Part shown: in pieces, positions 37,122-49,950 of the stretch
Layout: each line of letters starts with the position of its first letter
Numbering within the stretch: position 1 is the stretch's first letter
From: Phoronis australis
Lineage: Eukaryota; Animalia; Phoronida
Direction: 5' to 3'
NCBI GenBank assembly: GCA_002633005.1
Contig: NMRA01000469.1
Span: forward strand, 235,573-299,572
DNA length: 64,000 nt
The notes under the pieces: generated by a model
Databases searched by the model: none
Told to the model about the DNA's origin: nothing
What the model saw: only the letters and a program-made list of their open reading frames with translations
Translations under genes and position numbers: made by a program

Positions 37122-38341
37122 ACAAGAGCAATGCGGAGTGTTGAAATGCGCCCACGAATGCACAGCAAATGGTGTGCTTCTAGGGTTGTTTATTTGTTTC
37201 ATAAAAATGGTCATTAGATGGCGCAAAAACAGCCAATCCATCTGAAAACGATAAAATGCTATCGTTTTTGTAATAGAAAGCTATTTACCAAATTTCATAA
37301 AAATCTGTCAATGAACTTCAGAGAAACAGGAAAACGGAAAAAATGAAATTGCCACTATGGGACACAGTGTTCAGTGGATCCGCCTCAAAGACGTCATCGT
37401 CTGTCGATAACTTCATATAAATACAATTACTAAATTGAATAAAGATCCTGCAGCAGGTTTAGGAGATGTAGCTATGGGCACAAAGTAAAACAAAACTACC
37501 ACTAGGAGGCGCCACAGTAGCCGAAGTTGTCATCGTCAACCGTCCTTTTCGCCAATTTTCAAAACCATCCTTAGAATGGTTTAGTTGATCGAGGGATCGA
37601 CGTCAAAAAACAGACTCGAAAACACCAAAAAATGGCCACTAGGTGGCGTAAAGTACAACTAGTCCATCCCAAAACGGGCAGATAGCATCATCTCACCAAT
37701 AGATGCCTATATTCAAAATTTTCTGAAAATCAGTTGATAACCTAAAAAACAAAAGTTGCCAATTGGGGGCACACCGATAGTCAGATCTGTCCGAAAGTTG
37801 TCATCATCTGTTGCCAACATCATATAAATTTAATAAAGACCTTACAAATGGTTTAGGAGATACAGCTATGGGTGCAAAAAAAACTGCCACTAGGAGGCGC
37901 CACAGTGGTTGAAGTCGTCGGTAATTCATCATCAGCCGTCCTCTTTGTAGTAAGTTCATATTTTCACAATCATCCTTACAGTGGTTTGGTTGATAGAGGG
38001 ATGGACGCCAAAAAACAAACTGGAAAACAGTAAAAATGGCCACTAGGTGGCGCAAACAGGAGGATAGTGTCATTTCACTAATAGATGCCTACACCCAAAT
38101 TTTATAAGAATATGATGAGGACCTTTGAAGATACAGAGGTAAACGGAAAAACTGAAATTGCCATAACGGCACACCGGTAGTCCGATCAGTTCGAAAGTTC
38201 AATCATGCCATCCCATCCACGAAAGGATCACATGTGCAAAATTTCATGGGTTTTGGAGATCCAGCAGCGAACACCGGACGCATGGATGGAGATGACAGCA
38301 TAATGCGTCCACATACAAAATAATATGTTGGTGCATAATAA
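37122..38341. mobile_element. Complete HINE/DINE-1-like element with internal ~150-bp array
   Basis: acaagag-caatgc gga gtgttg (hairpin)-atgcgcccac at one end; ccggacgcatggatgga...atgcgtccacat...atgttggtgcataata at the other; gccactagg[t/a]ggcg units inside. Confidence 0.75.
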
Positions 38342-38600
38342 GGAGGCAAACCTGATAGCCCTTCATGATCAGTTTCTGCACTCGGTAAACACTGTACACT
38401 GCAGCCGCCACAAAACATCATCCTTGGCTTCAATTATTGCATCAGGATTTGTTAAAGCAATATTTTTGCCTTTCACAAAGCCCAGATTTTATCTTGATGA
38501 CATTTTCAATCACTCAACTTCAACTGCTGATAAACAGGCCTCAAATGCTTATACACTATGCCTTAGCAATAGGCCGCGTAACTTTAAAAAATCAACTTAC

Positions 38601-38770
38601 CACCAAGGTTTCACGAACTGTAAGGTTGGAAAATAACAGATCTTGTTGCAGAACATAACAGATCTTTCTCTTGGTCGCTTTTGTAAGTTTCTCCCCGTTG
38701 ACCGTCATACTTCCTGAGTCAATAGCTGCACGTCCAGCCAGCACATTTAACAGAGTAGTCTTACCAGATC
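38601..38770 (-). CDS. ABCG coding exon 2 (Walker A end, Q-loop)
   Basis: ttcag|GA TCT GGT AAG: (G)SGKTTLLNVLAGRAAIDSGSMTVNGEKLTKATKRKICYVLQQDLLFSNLTVRETLV|gtaagt; phase 1/0. Confidence 0.96.
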
Positions 38771-39863
38771 CTGAAGAACACAGAAAACTAATCACAAAAA
38801 GTCAAAAGCAATTTAAACATCTATTCAAAAAGAAATCTTTCTACAACAAAATTTCTTCTGCAAAATTATATAATTATCAATCAAGGTTGTCTCAAAAGTA
38901 CATGCCACTTTTGTTATTCCTAATAATTCTGTCAATAATGATGGTTTTGTAACTAAGTTTTCAAATTTGAAAGAGGAAGTCATAAGGCAAAATAGCTCGG
39001 ACAAAGAAGAATTGTTTTCATGACAACAACGAAATTTAGAAACAAAACCATTCAAATGTTGCAAAAAGAGTTCACGGGAAGTTCAACATCAACACCTTCA
39101 CCCACAAAAGCAAATACTTTCAAGCCATTGGAACAATGATCACCTTAAGCAGGATGTGAGAAAGATCCAAACAGGAAGTTGACAATAAAATTTCTTGACA
39201 ATGTGGATGTGGTGAATGATTATGCAGGAAAAAAGTGCATCAGAAAATGTAACCAACAGGCTTTGCCTTTCTCTAACTTAATGCAAAGTCAAGATCAAGG
39301 ATCTTCAACTCTTTCAAACAAAACCTAGATCAATTACCTATGCTGTCTCATGTCAGTTACTAAATAAATGTGGAGCTACCTACAGGAGTAAAATTTCTTG
39401 CCGTTTTATTAATAATGACTTCAGATGGATATTAAAATTTGAAAATTAATGAAAAAGAAAAAAATATTTAAAATATTTCAGTCACTATAAACTGGGTAAC
39501 AGCTTTCATAACTTGGGCTTTAACTAGCTTCAGCATAAGTCAACCGAAAACAGACAAAATAACCCATTATTCAGCATTACGACAGCTGAGTATGTTACGA
39601 CTGTTATGTGTAAACGAAATCGACAGTCATGACTGGTAATTTACCAGTAAACTAATAGACAAGTAAAGTTATCCACTATTCATTTAGTTCAGATCTACTC
39701 AATAGTAAGCAAACCTTGTGATTTCTTATAAAGGAAGCATCATGCAACAAATGCAGACAATCGATACTTTGTAATTAGGTCACCCATTACCAGTCTACAT
39801 AACCTTTTACATGAGAGACAGTTGTCACCGTGTCAGTTGCCACGGTGCCACCGGCTCCACTTT

Positions 39864-40182
39864 GGTCACATTTACACGACATTAGATCGCAGACTGGATC
39901 AGCATTCAGTCACTTACATGAAGACTGTCTGCGCATGCTCGCATAAACAATAGCAAATGTCCAAACCACGTGGAATGCCATCTGATCACCCAAATATTCG
40001 CTATTGCATAAGCCCATCAAAAAATAATTACTTTGTACCCTGCTCAAGTTGTGTTTAGACGTGTAGTTGAAACTGCAGCAACTGATCGAGTGCAACTCGA
40101 TTTACCTATCAAATCGGTGACAAAAATTGGTCGCCACGGTGTCACTTGCACCCGATCAGCTGTACCTCGTGTAAACGTGGCT
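39864..40182. mobile_element. Harbinger-like MITE
   Basis: Imperfect TIRs ggtcacatttacacga / tcgtgtaaacgtggct. Confidence 0.55.
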
Positions 40183-41274
40183 TACTACACGACACCAGTG
40201 TGCCAACCTAAGCCTGAATTTTCATGTAATAAGCAGTCACGAAAATTGTAATTTGCAAAAACTTCCACGTTCCGCTTTCATCAGTCACCAATCTCAATTT
40301 TGCATGTAAATGTAGCGAAATTAGATAGTTTTATACACACATGTGCTATGATTTTATTTCCATATGGCAAGATGTCGAAAATTTTACAAAAAACAATATC
40401 AATAACACGGGGAGTTGAAATATACCCACAGCTGCCTCACAAACATGATTCTATTGAGGTATATTAGCATCATCAAATGGCCATTGAATACATCAAACCC
40501 GTATGAAAATGAAAAGGCAATGCTGTCTCCTGAATAGAAAATTATCAGTTAAATATTCATGAAAATCTGGCAATGGCCTACTAAGATTGCAAAGGCAAAT
40601 GGGAAAAAAACTAACTGCCTTTAGGAGGCAAAGCAGTGGTCCAGTCCTTTAATCTGTAGTCAAGTCAATAGGAACACACATGTTGAACTTTCAAAAGATC
40701 TTGTAAGGGGGGTAAGGGGATACAGCCAGAGAAGCAAAAATGTCACTATAGGGACACCACAGTTGTTGGATCCATCTAAAAATTCATGTCCGTTGTGCTC
40801 TTGTCAGTAAGAACACATAAACTTATTATCAATGGCAAACACTAGATGGCAAAGAATATGATGAATCCAACCCAAACTTGTTAGCCAAATATCATGAAAA
40901 ACCATCAAAGAATTCTGAAGATAATGACAGTAAATGTCAAAACCGAAAGTCGTAAACAGCCAATTAAGGCCCTTCCCACTGGTTCCGAAGCTTCAGTAAT
41001 ACAGGAGATGACAAATAGGAACACTTAACATCGGTCCTGAAACAAAGTTAACAGCGCGGGGTTGACTCCGGAGTAAAGAGGTAGATTCAACAGCGAAGCT
41101 TCGACGTTTCGCTACAATGGGAACACTTAACTTCGATGACATCGGAGTTATCGGCTGGGGTCATAACCTCCACTTACCAACTGCAGGTGGTTACTGGTTA
41201 ATATTAAACATTTTGTTACAATATTCATTATTTTAGCAGTATAAGCATTCTGTCTCAACTCATCCTTAAATTAA

Positions 41275-43394
41275 AACAAGAGCAACGCGGAGCGTTGATA
41301 TGCGCCCACTGTATGCATCACATATAGCGCAGATACAAGGGGGATGATTACTATTATAACCATTCCCACTAAATGGAGCAATGCTAGCAAACTTAAAATA
41401 GCCTCTAGGGGGTGCATAGCAAATCAGCAGTGCTTCTTTAATAGGAACAGACCTGCCAAGCCTGTAAAAAAATTAAAACTGGCACTGGGGGCACAGTGGT
41501 AGTCCAATTGCCACTAAATGGAGCAATGCTAATAAACTTTTAAGTAGCTTCTAGGGGGTACATAGCAAGTCAGCAATACCTTCCTCAATAGCAAAATTAA
41601 AGCTGGCACTGAGGGCACAGTGGTAGTACAGGGCCATTAATCCCTTGATGTTGGTGACGAATATCGGCCAAATTCCCCTCTGAAAATTATTGAAAAATCA
41701 CGTGAAATTCCCCTCCCAATGCCCAAAAATTCCCCTCGAGGTTCGAATCTCTTGTAACTCACATCGGTGAAAATTTGAAAGAGCGCAAAATGTTAGTTTT
41801 GGCTACTTGAGGCATAGCCTACAAGGACTTGCAACAGGGTGGAGGTGCTATTGATGGCAGGTAAAATTTTCCTGTCACCCCGAAATATTCCTCTCTCACA
41901 AGGCACAGGCACCTTTCCTCTTGGATGAGTGAGAGCCCTGCAGTCAGGTATGTCCAAACGTCATCATCTGTTGTCAGTTCATAGAAATACACTTGCCAAA
42001 GATCCAACAGGGAGAAACAGCAGCGGATGAGAAAAAAGCAAACTGCCACTTGGGGACACCACAGCAGCCAAACTGTCCAAACATTGTCAACCATGCTCTT
42101 CCTAGTAGGAACACATAATTTACCAATTTCCCTAATGATTCTTAGAGTGGTTTGGCCGATAGAGAGATCGATGCCAAAATCAGACTAAAACATGATAAAA
42201 ACGGCCACTAGGAGACATACACTACACCAAATCCATCTGAAAACAAAATGGTATAATCGCTTTATTAATAGAAACCTATTTGCTTAATTTCATAACAATT
42301 CACCAAGGAACTCCAAAGATACAGAGGAAAACAAAAAAAATAAAATTGCCACTAGGAGGCACAGCGGGTGTCCGATCCGTCCGAATGTCATCGTTATCTG
42401 CTGTCACTTTCATAGAAATGCACCTGTCAATTTAAACAAGATCCTGCAGAGGGTTCAGAAGATACAGCCACAGAGGCAACGATAACAAAACTGCCACTAG
42501 GAGGTGCTACAGTAGTCGGGGCCGTCCAAAAATCATCATCACATATCCTCTTCCTAGTAAGAACATATTTGCTGATTTTCACAAAAATCCTAAGAATGAT
42601 TTGGCCAACAGAGAGGCGGACACCAAAAACAGACTAAAAATAATAAAAACGGCCACTAAGCGGCGCGCACTATGTCAAATCCATCTGAAAACAGAAAGAT
42701 GCAATTGCCTTTTTAGTAGAAATCTATTTACCAAATTTTATAATGATCCGTCCAAGAACTGCAAAGATAGAGGAAAATGGAAAGAATAAAATTGCCACTA
42801 GGGTGCACAGCAGTTCTTGGATTCGTCTGAAAGTCATCACTTGTTGTCACTTTCATATATACACACTTGCCAAATTTAACAAAGATCATGCTGAGGATTT
42901 AGGAGATACAGCACTGGACGCAAAAAATTGCCACTAAGAGGAGCCCCTGTATTAGGAGCTGTCCAAAAATCATCGTCAGCAGTCCTCTTCCAAGTAGAAA
43001 CATTTATGTCAATTTTCATAACCACCCTTACAGTGGTTTGACCTTTTGAGGGGAAGATGGCAAAAAACATACCTGAAAACAGTAAAAATGGCCACTAGGT
43101 GGTGCAAAATACCTCGAATCCCATGACATCATCTTCCTAATACATGTAGATGCCTATTTGCCAAATTTCACGAAAATCCATTAATGAACACCGAAGATAC
43201 AGAGGCAAACGTAAAAAATAAAATTGCACTAGGGAGCACACCAGTTGTCGGATCCCTACGAAAATTCGCTCACGCCAGCCAATCCATGAAAGGAACATCA
43301 TCTGCAAAATTTCATGAACATAATCAACTCAAGGGATTTGGAGATACAGCAGCGAACACCAGACACTGGACAAAGATGACAGCATAATGCACCC
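41275..43394. mobile_element. HINE/DINE-1-like element with long higher-order internal array; interrupted at 41629-41940 and truncated by an insertion at 43395
   Basis: aacaagag-CAACGC gga GCGTTG-atatgcgcccac start; core motifs at 42045, 42204, 42348, 42493, 42652, 42794, 42930, 43091; terminal block gatgacagcataatgcacc. Confidence 0.78.
41629..41940. mobile_element. Short hAT-like insertion (CAGGGC...GCCCTG)
   Basis: 6-bp terminal inverted match; aaattcccctc subterminal repeats; interrupts a HINE monomer. Confidence 0.55.
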
Positions 43395-44965
43395 CAGGGA
43401 TTGACGCTATTAAAATCGCCAGGTCGCATTTTGCGACCTAGCCAAAATCCCAGGTCGCATTTTCAAAATCCAGCTCGCATTCATAAATGCCAGGTCGCAA
43501 AATTTTCCCGCCATTTTACGCACCAAATTTGACTTTATTAGATCACCGAGAAAATGTTTAGATTATGCTCTTACCTGCAGCGTTAAATACTCACAATTTC
43601 AGATCGCAAAATTGACTTCGTTCATGCAGGTACGGCGTTACTGTCCACTTTTTGCTCGCAGCCCCAATTTTGCAACTTAACTTGACGTTTGAAAAACAAC
43701 AGTCGAAAAAAAATCCGTGAAACGATGCCTTAACCGAATGACCTATTTGGATGCGTGGTGTATAAAGAGAAGAACAAAAAGTTTGCAAACCCCAATTTTG
43801 CATCTAGTATCCGTTTAGTTGCAATAGCTGGCTACTGGCATAGAATATAGGGTTTAAGGAACCTCGACCTCGGGAAACATGGGGACAGGAAAATATCAGT
43901 TCTGGGTTATATCGGTCCTATGGAATATCGTAAGGCATCGGGTCTTTTATAACCGCCGAGAATCTATGAGTTCATTTCTAAATAAACTGGCACCCGGGTG
44001 CTTAACAGAGCCAAGCCAGTATACTCTTTCATTTAGGACTGTTGCTGTTCTCTTTTGAAGTGGTGCGCACGCGCGAGTTCACGCACTTGAATCGCTGGAG
44101 TAGGCCATTTTGTTTTAAGTTAAGACAAAGATTGTCGTGGTTGACTCTCTATTCGTGTGCAATGATAATAACTACATTACATGTGGTCCGTAATACTAGA
44201 CTTAGGTACGCGTATACAACACACTTTACGTTGGCAACACCGTTTGAAAGACTCATATTTCTCGCACGTTGCCCCAGAAACAAGTAAAGGGTTTGAGAAT
44301 TTCTTGGCAACTGAGTAAAGACGTGGCCGTCGTTTTGGCGATTAATAGGATTGTTATTTTCACTTTGGCTGTCTTATGCGATAAAAACAAGACGCACATC
44401 TCTAAGTCACGATTGTCTGCTAGGACCGCTTGCGCGCTAACAAAGGGACCGACCAGTGCCGCAGTGCAATATCAGGGATATTGTCGTGGATATTTGGTAC
44501 ATGAAATTAGGACATCTTACACGAAAAAATAAACATATTTGTCCACCACAAAGTTTAGTAAGTTGATCGCTTACGAATTAGTAGAAACACCGCTGTTTTG
44601 TGACATTTTATCACGTATTATGCAGTTGCCCGAAACTTTGGCGAATCCGGAAATTTGCAAAAGTGGCCCAAAATGTTGGCCAATGAAACACGTCAAAGAT
44701 TCCGCATATCCCATGTTCACGCGACTTGCTTACAACTCATCAGGAGGGCTGTTCTCGGTTAGTGTTCTTTTGAACTTGGATTTGGTAACAACCAAATAAC
44801 AGTCGCATTATTAATAAGAGTTGCTTTGTATTTGCCAGGTATCTGCCGAGAAGTGTAAAAACTCAGCTCGCATTCGTTGGAAATTCAAGGTCGCATTTTG
44901 CGATTTGATACGAGCAGACAAAAATCTTAGCTCGCGTTTGCAAATTTCAGGTCGCAAATGCTACC
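43395..44965. mobile_element. hAT-like non-autonomous element with ggtcgcatttt subterminal repeats
   Basis: Begins CAGGGATTGACGCTA; clusters of caggtcgca/gctcgca at 43420-43500 and 44865-44960; right TIR not found. Confidence 0.55.
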
Positions 44966-45548
44966 AGCAGCTCGTCATGTCGAGCACTGCACTTTTGTGG
45001 TCACCGCTTGCAATCCAAGTGGAGCTCTGCGTGGTCACTGGTCGTCTGCGCACTACAGTTCTAACTAACTAACAAGAACGCAGGATGGCACGGATCTATT
45101 ACTCAGCAATTTTGTAAATTTAATTGTGAATGACTAATCTGAGGGCAACAGAACATTTGTTGAGATCATCCGCTGTTATGAAGTTTTTACCGTCATTTGG
45201 CGATGTGACGATAAAGCTCTTTGAAAAGTGCTATTCGTTCCGGGTACGTGTGTCATTTGGGGACTTAAATTGCAAGGTAAGATTAACCGCCCAGGGTGGT
45301 TGTCTGTCGTAATAAGCGCCCATGTTCAGTTAACTGCCCACCCTGGATTTCTTGAAATTTCACGTTTAAGCGCCCATTTCTGGTTAACCGCCCAACCCCG
45401 ATTTTTTGGGTTTGCCAATTTAACTGCCGAGGGCGATAACCCGAACGTTTACGGTAAATGAAATTAAGTGGGAAAGAATATGCAGGTGGAATTGACCATC
45501 ATGACACGGAATTTTGTCTTGTTTGTTTTTAGCTGGTACTATACTTAC

Positions 45549-45660
45549 CACTAGCTCCCATCACAGCCAACATATCTCCAGGAATTGCTATGCCATTGAC
45601 ATCCTTTAATATGTCTTTCTTGCCAATTGTCAGGTGGATATTTTTGAAACATAGCTCCAT
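45549..45660 (-). CDS. ABCG coding exon 1 (probable start; exon acceptor at 45694)
   Basis: ATG 45660: MELCFKNIHLTIGKKDILKDVNGIAIPGDMLAVMGAS, G|gtaagt; joins exon 2 to form Walker A GASGSGKT. Acceptor tttcag at 45695 implies an upstream exon. Confidence 0.93.
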
Positions 45661-45699
45661 CTTTCCAACATGTGGCTTAGACAGAGAAAGAATGCTGAA

Positions 45700-46335
45700 A
45701 ACAAAGACACACACATTTCAAAGGTCATATGAAAACAAAGACTCGGACATGTCGTGGGTCACATGAAAACAAAGGCACAGACATGTCACAGGACACATGA
45801 AGACAAAGACAAAGACATGTCACAGGTCACATGAAGACAGACACAGCTATGTCAGAGGTCACATGAAAACAAAGGCACAGACATGTCACAAGTCACATGA
45901 AGACAAAGACAAAGACAGGTCACAGGTCACATGAAGACAGACACAGCCATGTCAGAGGTCACATGAAGACAAAGGCACAGACATGTCACAGGTCACATGA
46001 AGACAAAGAAACAGACATGTCACAGATCACATGAAGACAAAGACACAGACATGTCACAGGTCACATGAAGACAGACACAGCGATGTCAGAGGTCACATGA
46101 AGACAAAGACAGACATACCACAGGTCACATCAAGACAAAGACACAGACATGTCTTAGGTCACATGAAGACAAAGACACAGACATGTTACACGTCACATGA
46201 GGACAATGACAAAGTCATGTCACAGGTCACATGAAGACAAAGACACAGACATGACACAGCTCACATGAAGACAGACAAAGACATGTCATACGTCACATGA
46301 AGACAAAGACACAGACATGTCGCCGATCACATGAA
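45700..46335. repeat. ~30-34-bp minisatellite (~19 units)
   Basis: acatgaagacaaagacacagacatgtcacaggtc and variants. Confidence 0.95.
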
Positions 46336-47414
46336 CATCCGGTGGGGACCTGTACTTTGTGTTCAGACTGGTTATGAGGAGTATGGCGTCGCCATGATCA
46401 ATTTGAGGTAGGGAATACAACACCAGTGAAACAAAATTGTCTTTAAAATGTAGAAATCGATCCCATATTTAATTAGACACAGTTCTGCCAAATAGCTTAA
46501 GGGTTGTGGCAAGCGCTAAATGCTTCTCATGTTGGTGTGACCAGGAATGACAGCCCAGTGCGGCTTGGTAGCCGTGGTGTCGTGAAATAATCAGGAATAC
46601 GGGTGAAAGTTCGTTATAAAATAATGCATTATGCCACTGATTTAATACATTTCATAATTTATCAGTAATATCTTATGAAGACGCGTGCATGTATTGCAAA
46701 TGTTTCAGCTAAAAGTGTGCTTGATTAACAAAGATATGGAAAGTATAAATTAGGCAGTCAGACAAATGAGTGTACGGCTTGCCTCAGCCAACTGTAGGCT
46801 AGTCATGAGTAACTGTACAAACTCGTCAGTGAGCTGGTAAATAATTAATGAAATTTTAATCAGAAAAGACTGTTTAACTTGATAATTACCTACAGTTCTT
46901 GAAGATTATAGTACCAATGGTGACTAGAGAAAGATTGCATGTATTTGCAATATATTGTAATGGCTTTAAAAAGTGAGAACACAGATAAGAAGCGTACATA
47001 AGGTCATTGTCATTAATCATTTTGAATAAAGTGAAAATGATGTAAAAACAATTTACAATTTTTTCAGATTAAAGAACTTCAAATGCTGTCACTGCTGTGT
47101 TGGCACAGATCACTTTGTTGAAGTAATAGGCTACAGCATGGAAAATCATGCCGATCAAGTAAAAAGGATTAGGTATCTACCATTGCAAGAACACAGCGGT
47201 TTAGAATGTTTCTGAGTAATAAAGTTATGGGTGCACTCCCAACAGTGCTTTGGAGGAAGGCTCCAAAATTGTGCCAAACCAGTTCAAGGAAAAGATATCT
47301 ATACGAGATTAAGAGTTTGATCACAAGAGTCCATTTAAGAAAAAATCAAAAGTAGAATGAGAAGGCCAAGATGAAGAATTCGCCGAGCGAAAACATTGTG
47401 AAAGGGAGACAGAT

Positions 47415-47804
47415 TTGGAAGCACGGGAACACAAAGCGATAAAAGAAATGTGTGATGTCACACCACAGATGATCGATGCTTTGAAAACGACAGGAAAGTC
47501 AGACACCTGGGTCAAGTTTAATAGGATGATAGCGGATGGCACGTTCCCCATAGACAATATAATGTTCTTACTCTTTTTAGATGTGGCAGACTGGTTTACC
47601 CTTGACAACACCATAACAATGAGGTACTTGAACGACATTGTAAAGTTTTGGCAGATCGGATACGAACTTTTCCACGGAAGATTTTTGAGATTCATGTCAG
47701 GGTTCAAGCATATCGGAATGAAATCTGGTGGAGACCCATTAGAATCGAAAATAAACTTTGCCGTTCCAAACGTTAAGCTTCGTCGAAAGTGGATAAGTCT
47801 ATAA
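47415..47804 (+). pseudogene. Decayed transposase-like coding fragment
   Basis: Protein-like intronless ORF ...NIMFLLFLDVADWF..MRYLNDIVKFWQIGYELFHGRFLRFMSG...INFAVP; truncated by stops on both sides; family assignment from memory only. Confidence 0.5.
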
Positions 47805-48039
47805 CTCCTGGAATTATTCATGAACCTGCTGACATCACTCCCAAAGCCAGTGCATGCCAGTTGAGCTTTGACAGCAGTTTTTGATTTTTTGAAATCCATT
47901 GGACACTTACGGAGTTATTTAAAATTTAGACCCTCAAAAATGTCTTTTTGGCTAAGGTGCATGTCCATCTACTTAGGTCTACAAAAGGCTCACTTATAGA
48001 CATAGTAATGCAATGCCACTGATACACATGTGGTTGGAT

Positions 48040-48250
48040 AGACAGTCACCACTGTCTCCAGCTGGCACAGTAGAGACGGTGTAGCTCTTATAGCAGCTTC
48101 ATACGCCGGAAGCTTTTCGGCGATCACACCAACTAAAACATCAAAGTCATGTTGTTATAAATACCTTTTTCACTGAGAGGGACACCTTAAGATGCCCTTC
48201 CAACTCGAACAAATATTCCTGTTATCAAACTTTTTCTTTGAGCGGACCCT
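48040..48250. repeat. Inverted homologue of 50990-51225
   Basis: e.g. cacaccaactaaaacatcaaag (48126) is the reverse complement of ctttgatgttttagttggtgtg (51110). Confidence 0.85.
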
Positions 48251-49950
48251 ATGTTCAAGACTACTCTCCCCTTCTGTGTTGGGCAAATCATAATAATGGT
48301 CCATATTCAGTGGCCACTTTTGGTGAAAAATGAACGTTGCCATATAACTGTAAAAGCTAGGTTATTTTAAAGTGCCATCATTCCAGGTTTGTAATCTAAA
48401 ATATTTTTGCAAAAGAATAGCCGAATAAAATTTTATGGCCAAATGCATCGCAGTTGCATAAAAGGGTATGTACACTTACAACTTGTGGTCACAGGCTCAC
48501 AGCCCACTTCTATCATGCAAAAATTCATAAGGTAGCTGTTAATTTAATAAGTTCTTGATCAAATTGAAAAAGTATCACATACTAAAGTAAGAACATTTAT
48601 TACCATGCTGATGAAGTTCAGAATGTCTTAACACAGTATAATGATTACTTCTTCTCTTGCAATATGATTCTTACAAAAGGTAACTACTTTTTTCAAAAAC
48701 TTTATTGGTGCTATTTGCCTAGTTTTCAACACATTCACCAGTTGGTCAAAATAGTTAAAGCAATGTTAGGCCCAGTGTTCAACTTGTAAACAGTAAAAAA
48801 TGGTACTGGTTGGGGGGTACATACACTACGCACAGTCAATCAACGTCAAATTATGACTTAGTTACAAATGTATGCGATGATCTTGAGTTTTGTGCTGCCT
48901 CTACTAGTTGTTTTGTAGCAAATTGTCTTGAGAGATAGAGAACCTGCCTCTGCAACATCAGTTGTCACATGACATGTCTTCTAGGATGTTCCTAGCCAAG
49001 ACCTGTGTGGCATTTTATTTCCCTCAAATTTAATAATGTCCATTGTTTTTTGTTTTTTTATCAGACTGGATGCATTTTGGAAATATCAGGATTGTTCATG
49101 AGAACAGCAGTATGTAAAAATACTTGTGGTCAATACTTTATAGCACAGAGGTTGGAGGTTCGTACACTACACAGGGGTACGGACATTACATTTCAATGAC
49201 TTGTCAGGTTTATAAAAAATACTTAGAATCTACTGAGAGTTAGTTCACTTACCAAATCTATTCAAAGAGAACAAACAAAAAGTACAGCATAAATGTGTAT
49301 ATCTGTCTATCATTCTTTGAAAGCAGGCACTTGTTAAAATATAGGGGTACATACANNNNNNNNNNNNNNNNNNNNNNNNNNNNNNNNNNNNNNNNNNNNN
49401 NNNNNNNNNNNNNNNNNNNNNNNNNNNNNNNNNNNNNNNNNNNNNNNNNNNNNNNNNNNNNNNNNNNNNNNNNNNNNNNNNNNNNNNNNNNNNNNNNNNN
49501 NNNNNNNNNNNNNNNNNNNNNNNNNNNNNNNNNNNNNNNNNNNNNNNNNNNNNNNNNNNNNNNNNNNNNNNNNNNNNNNNNNNNNNNNNNNNNNNNNNNN
49601 NNNNNNNNNNNNNNNNNNNNNNNNNNNNNNNNNNNNNNNNNNNNNNNNNNNNNNNNNNNNNNNNNNNNNNNNNNNNNNNNNNNNNNNNNNNNNNNNNNNN
49701 NNNNNNNNNNNNNNNNNNNNNNNNNNNNNNNNNNNNNNNNNNNNNNNNNNNNNNNNNNNNNNNNNNNNNNNNNNNNNNNNNNNNNNNNNNNNNNNNNNNN
49801 NNNNNNNNNNNNNNNNNNNNNNNNNNNNNNNNNNNNNNNNNNNNNNNNNNNNNNNNNNNNNNNNNNNNNNNNNNNNNNNNNNNNNNNNNNNNNNNNNNNN
49901 NNNNNNNNNNNNNNNNNNNNNNNNNNNNNNNNNNNNNNNNNNNNNNACTA

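Noticed and set aside
42000-43300. Regularly spaced conserved motif with variable intervening sequence, superficially CRISPR-like
   Set aside because: The intervening sequences are homologous to each other (trimeric higher-order repeat), there are no cas genes, and the context is a eukaryotic intron.
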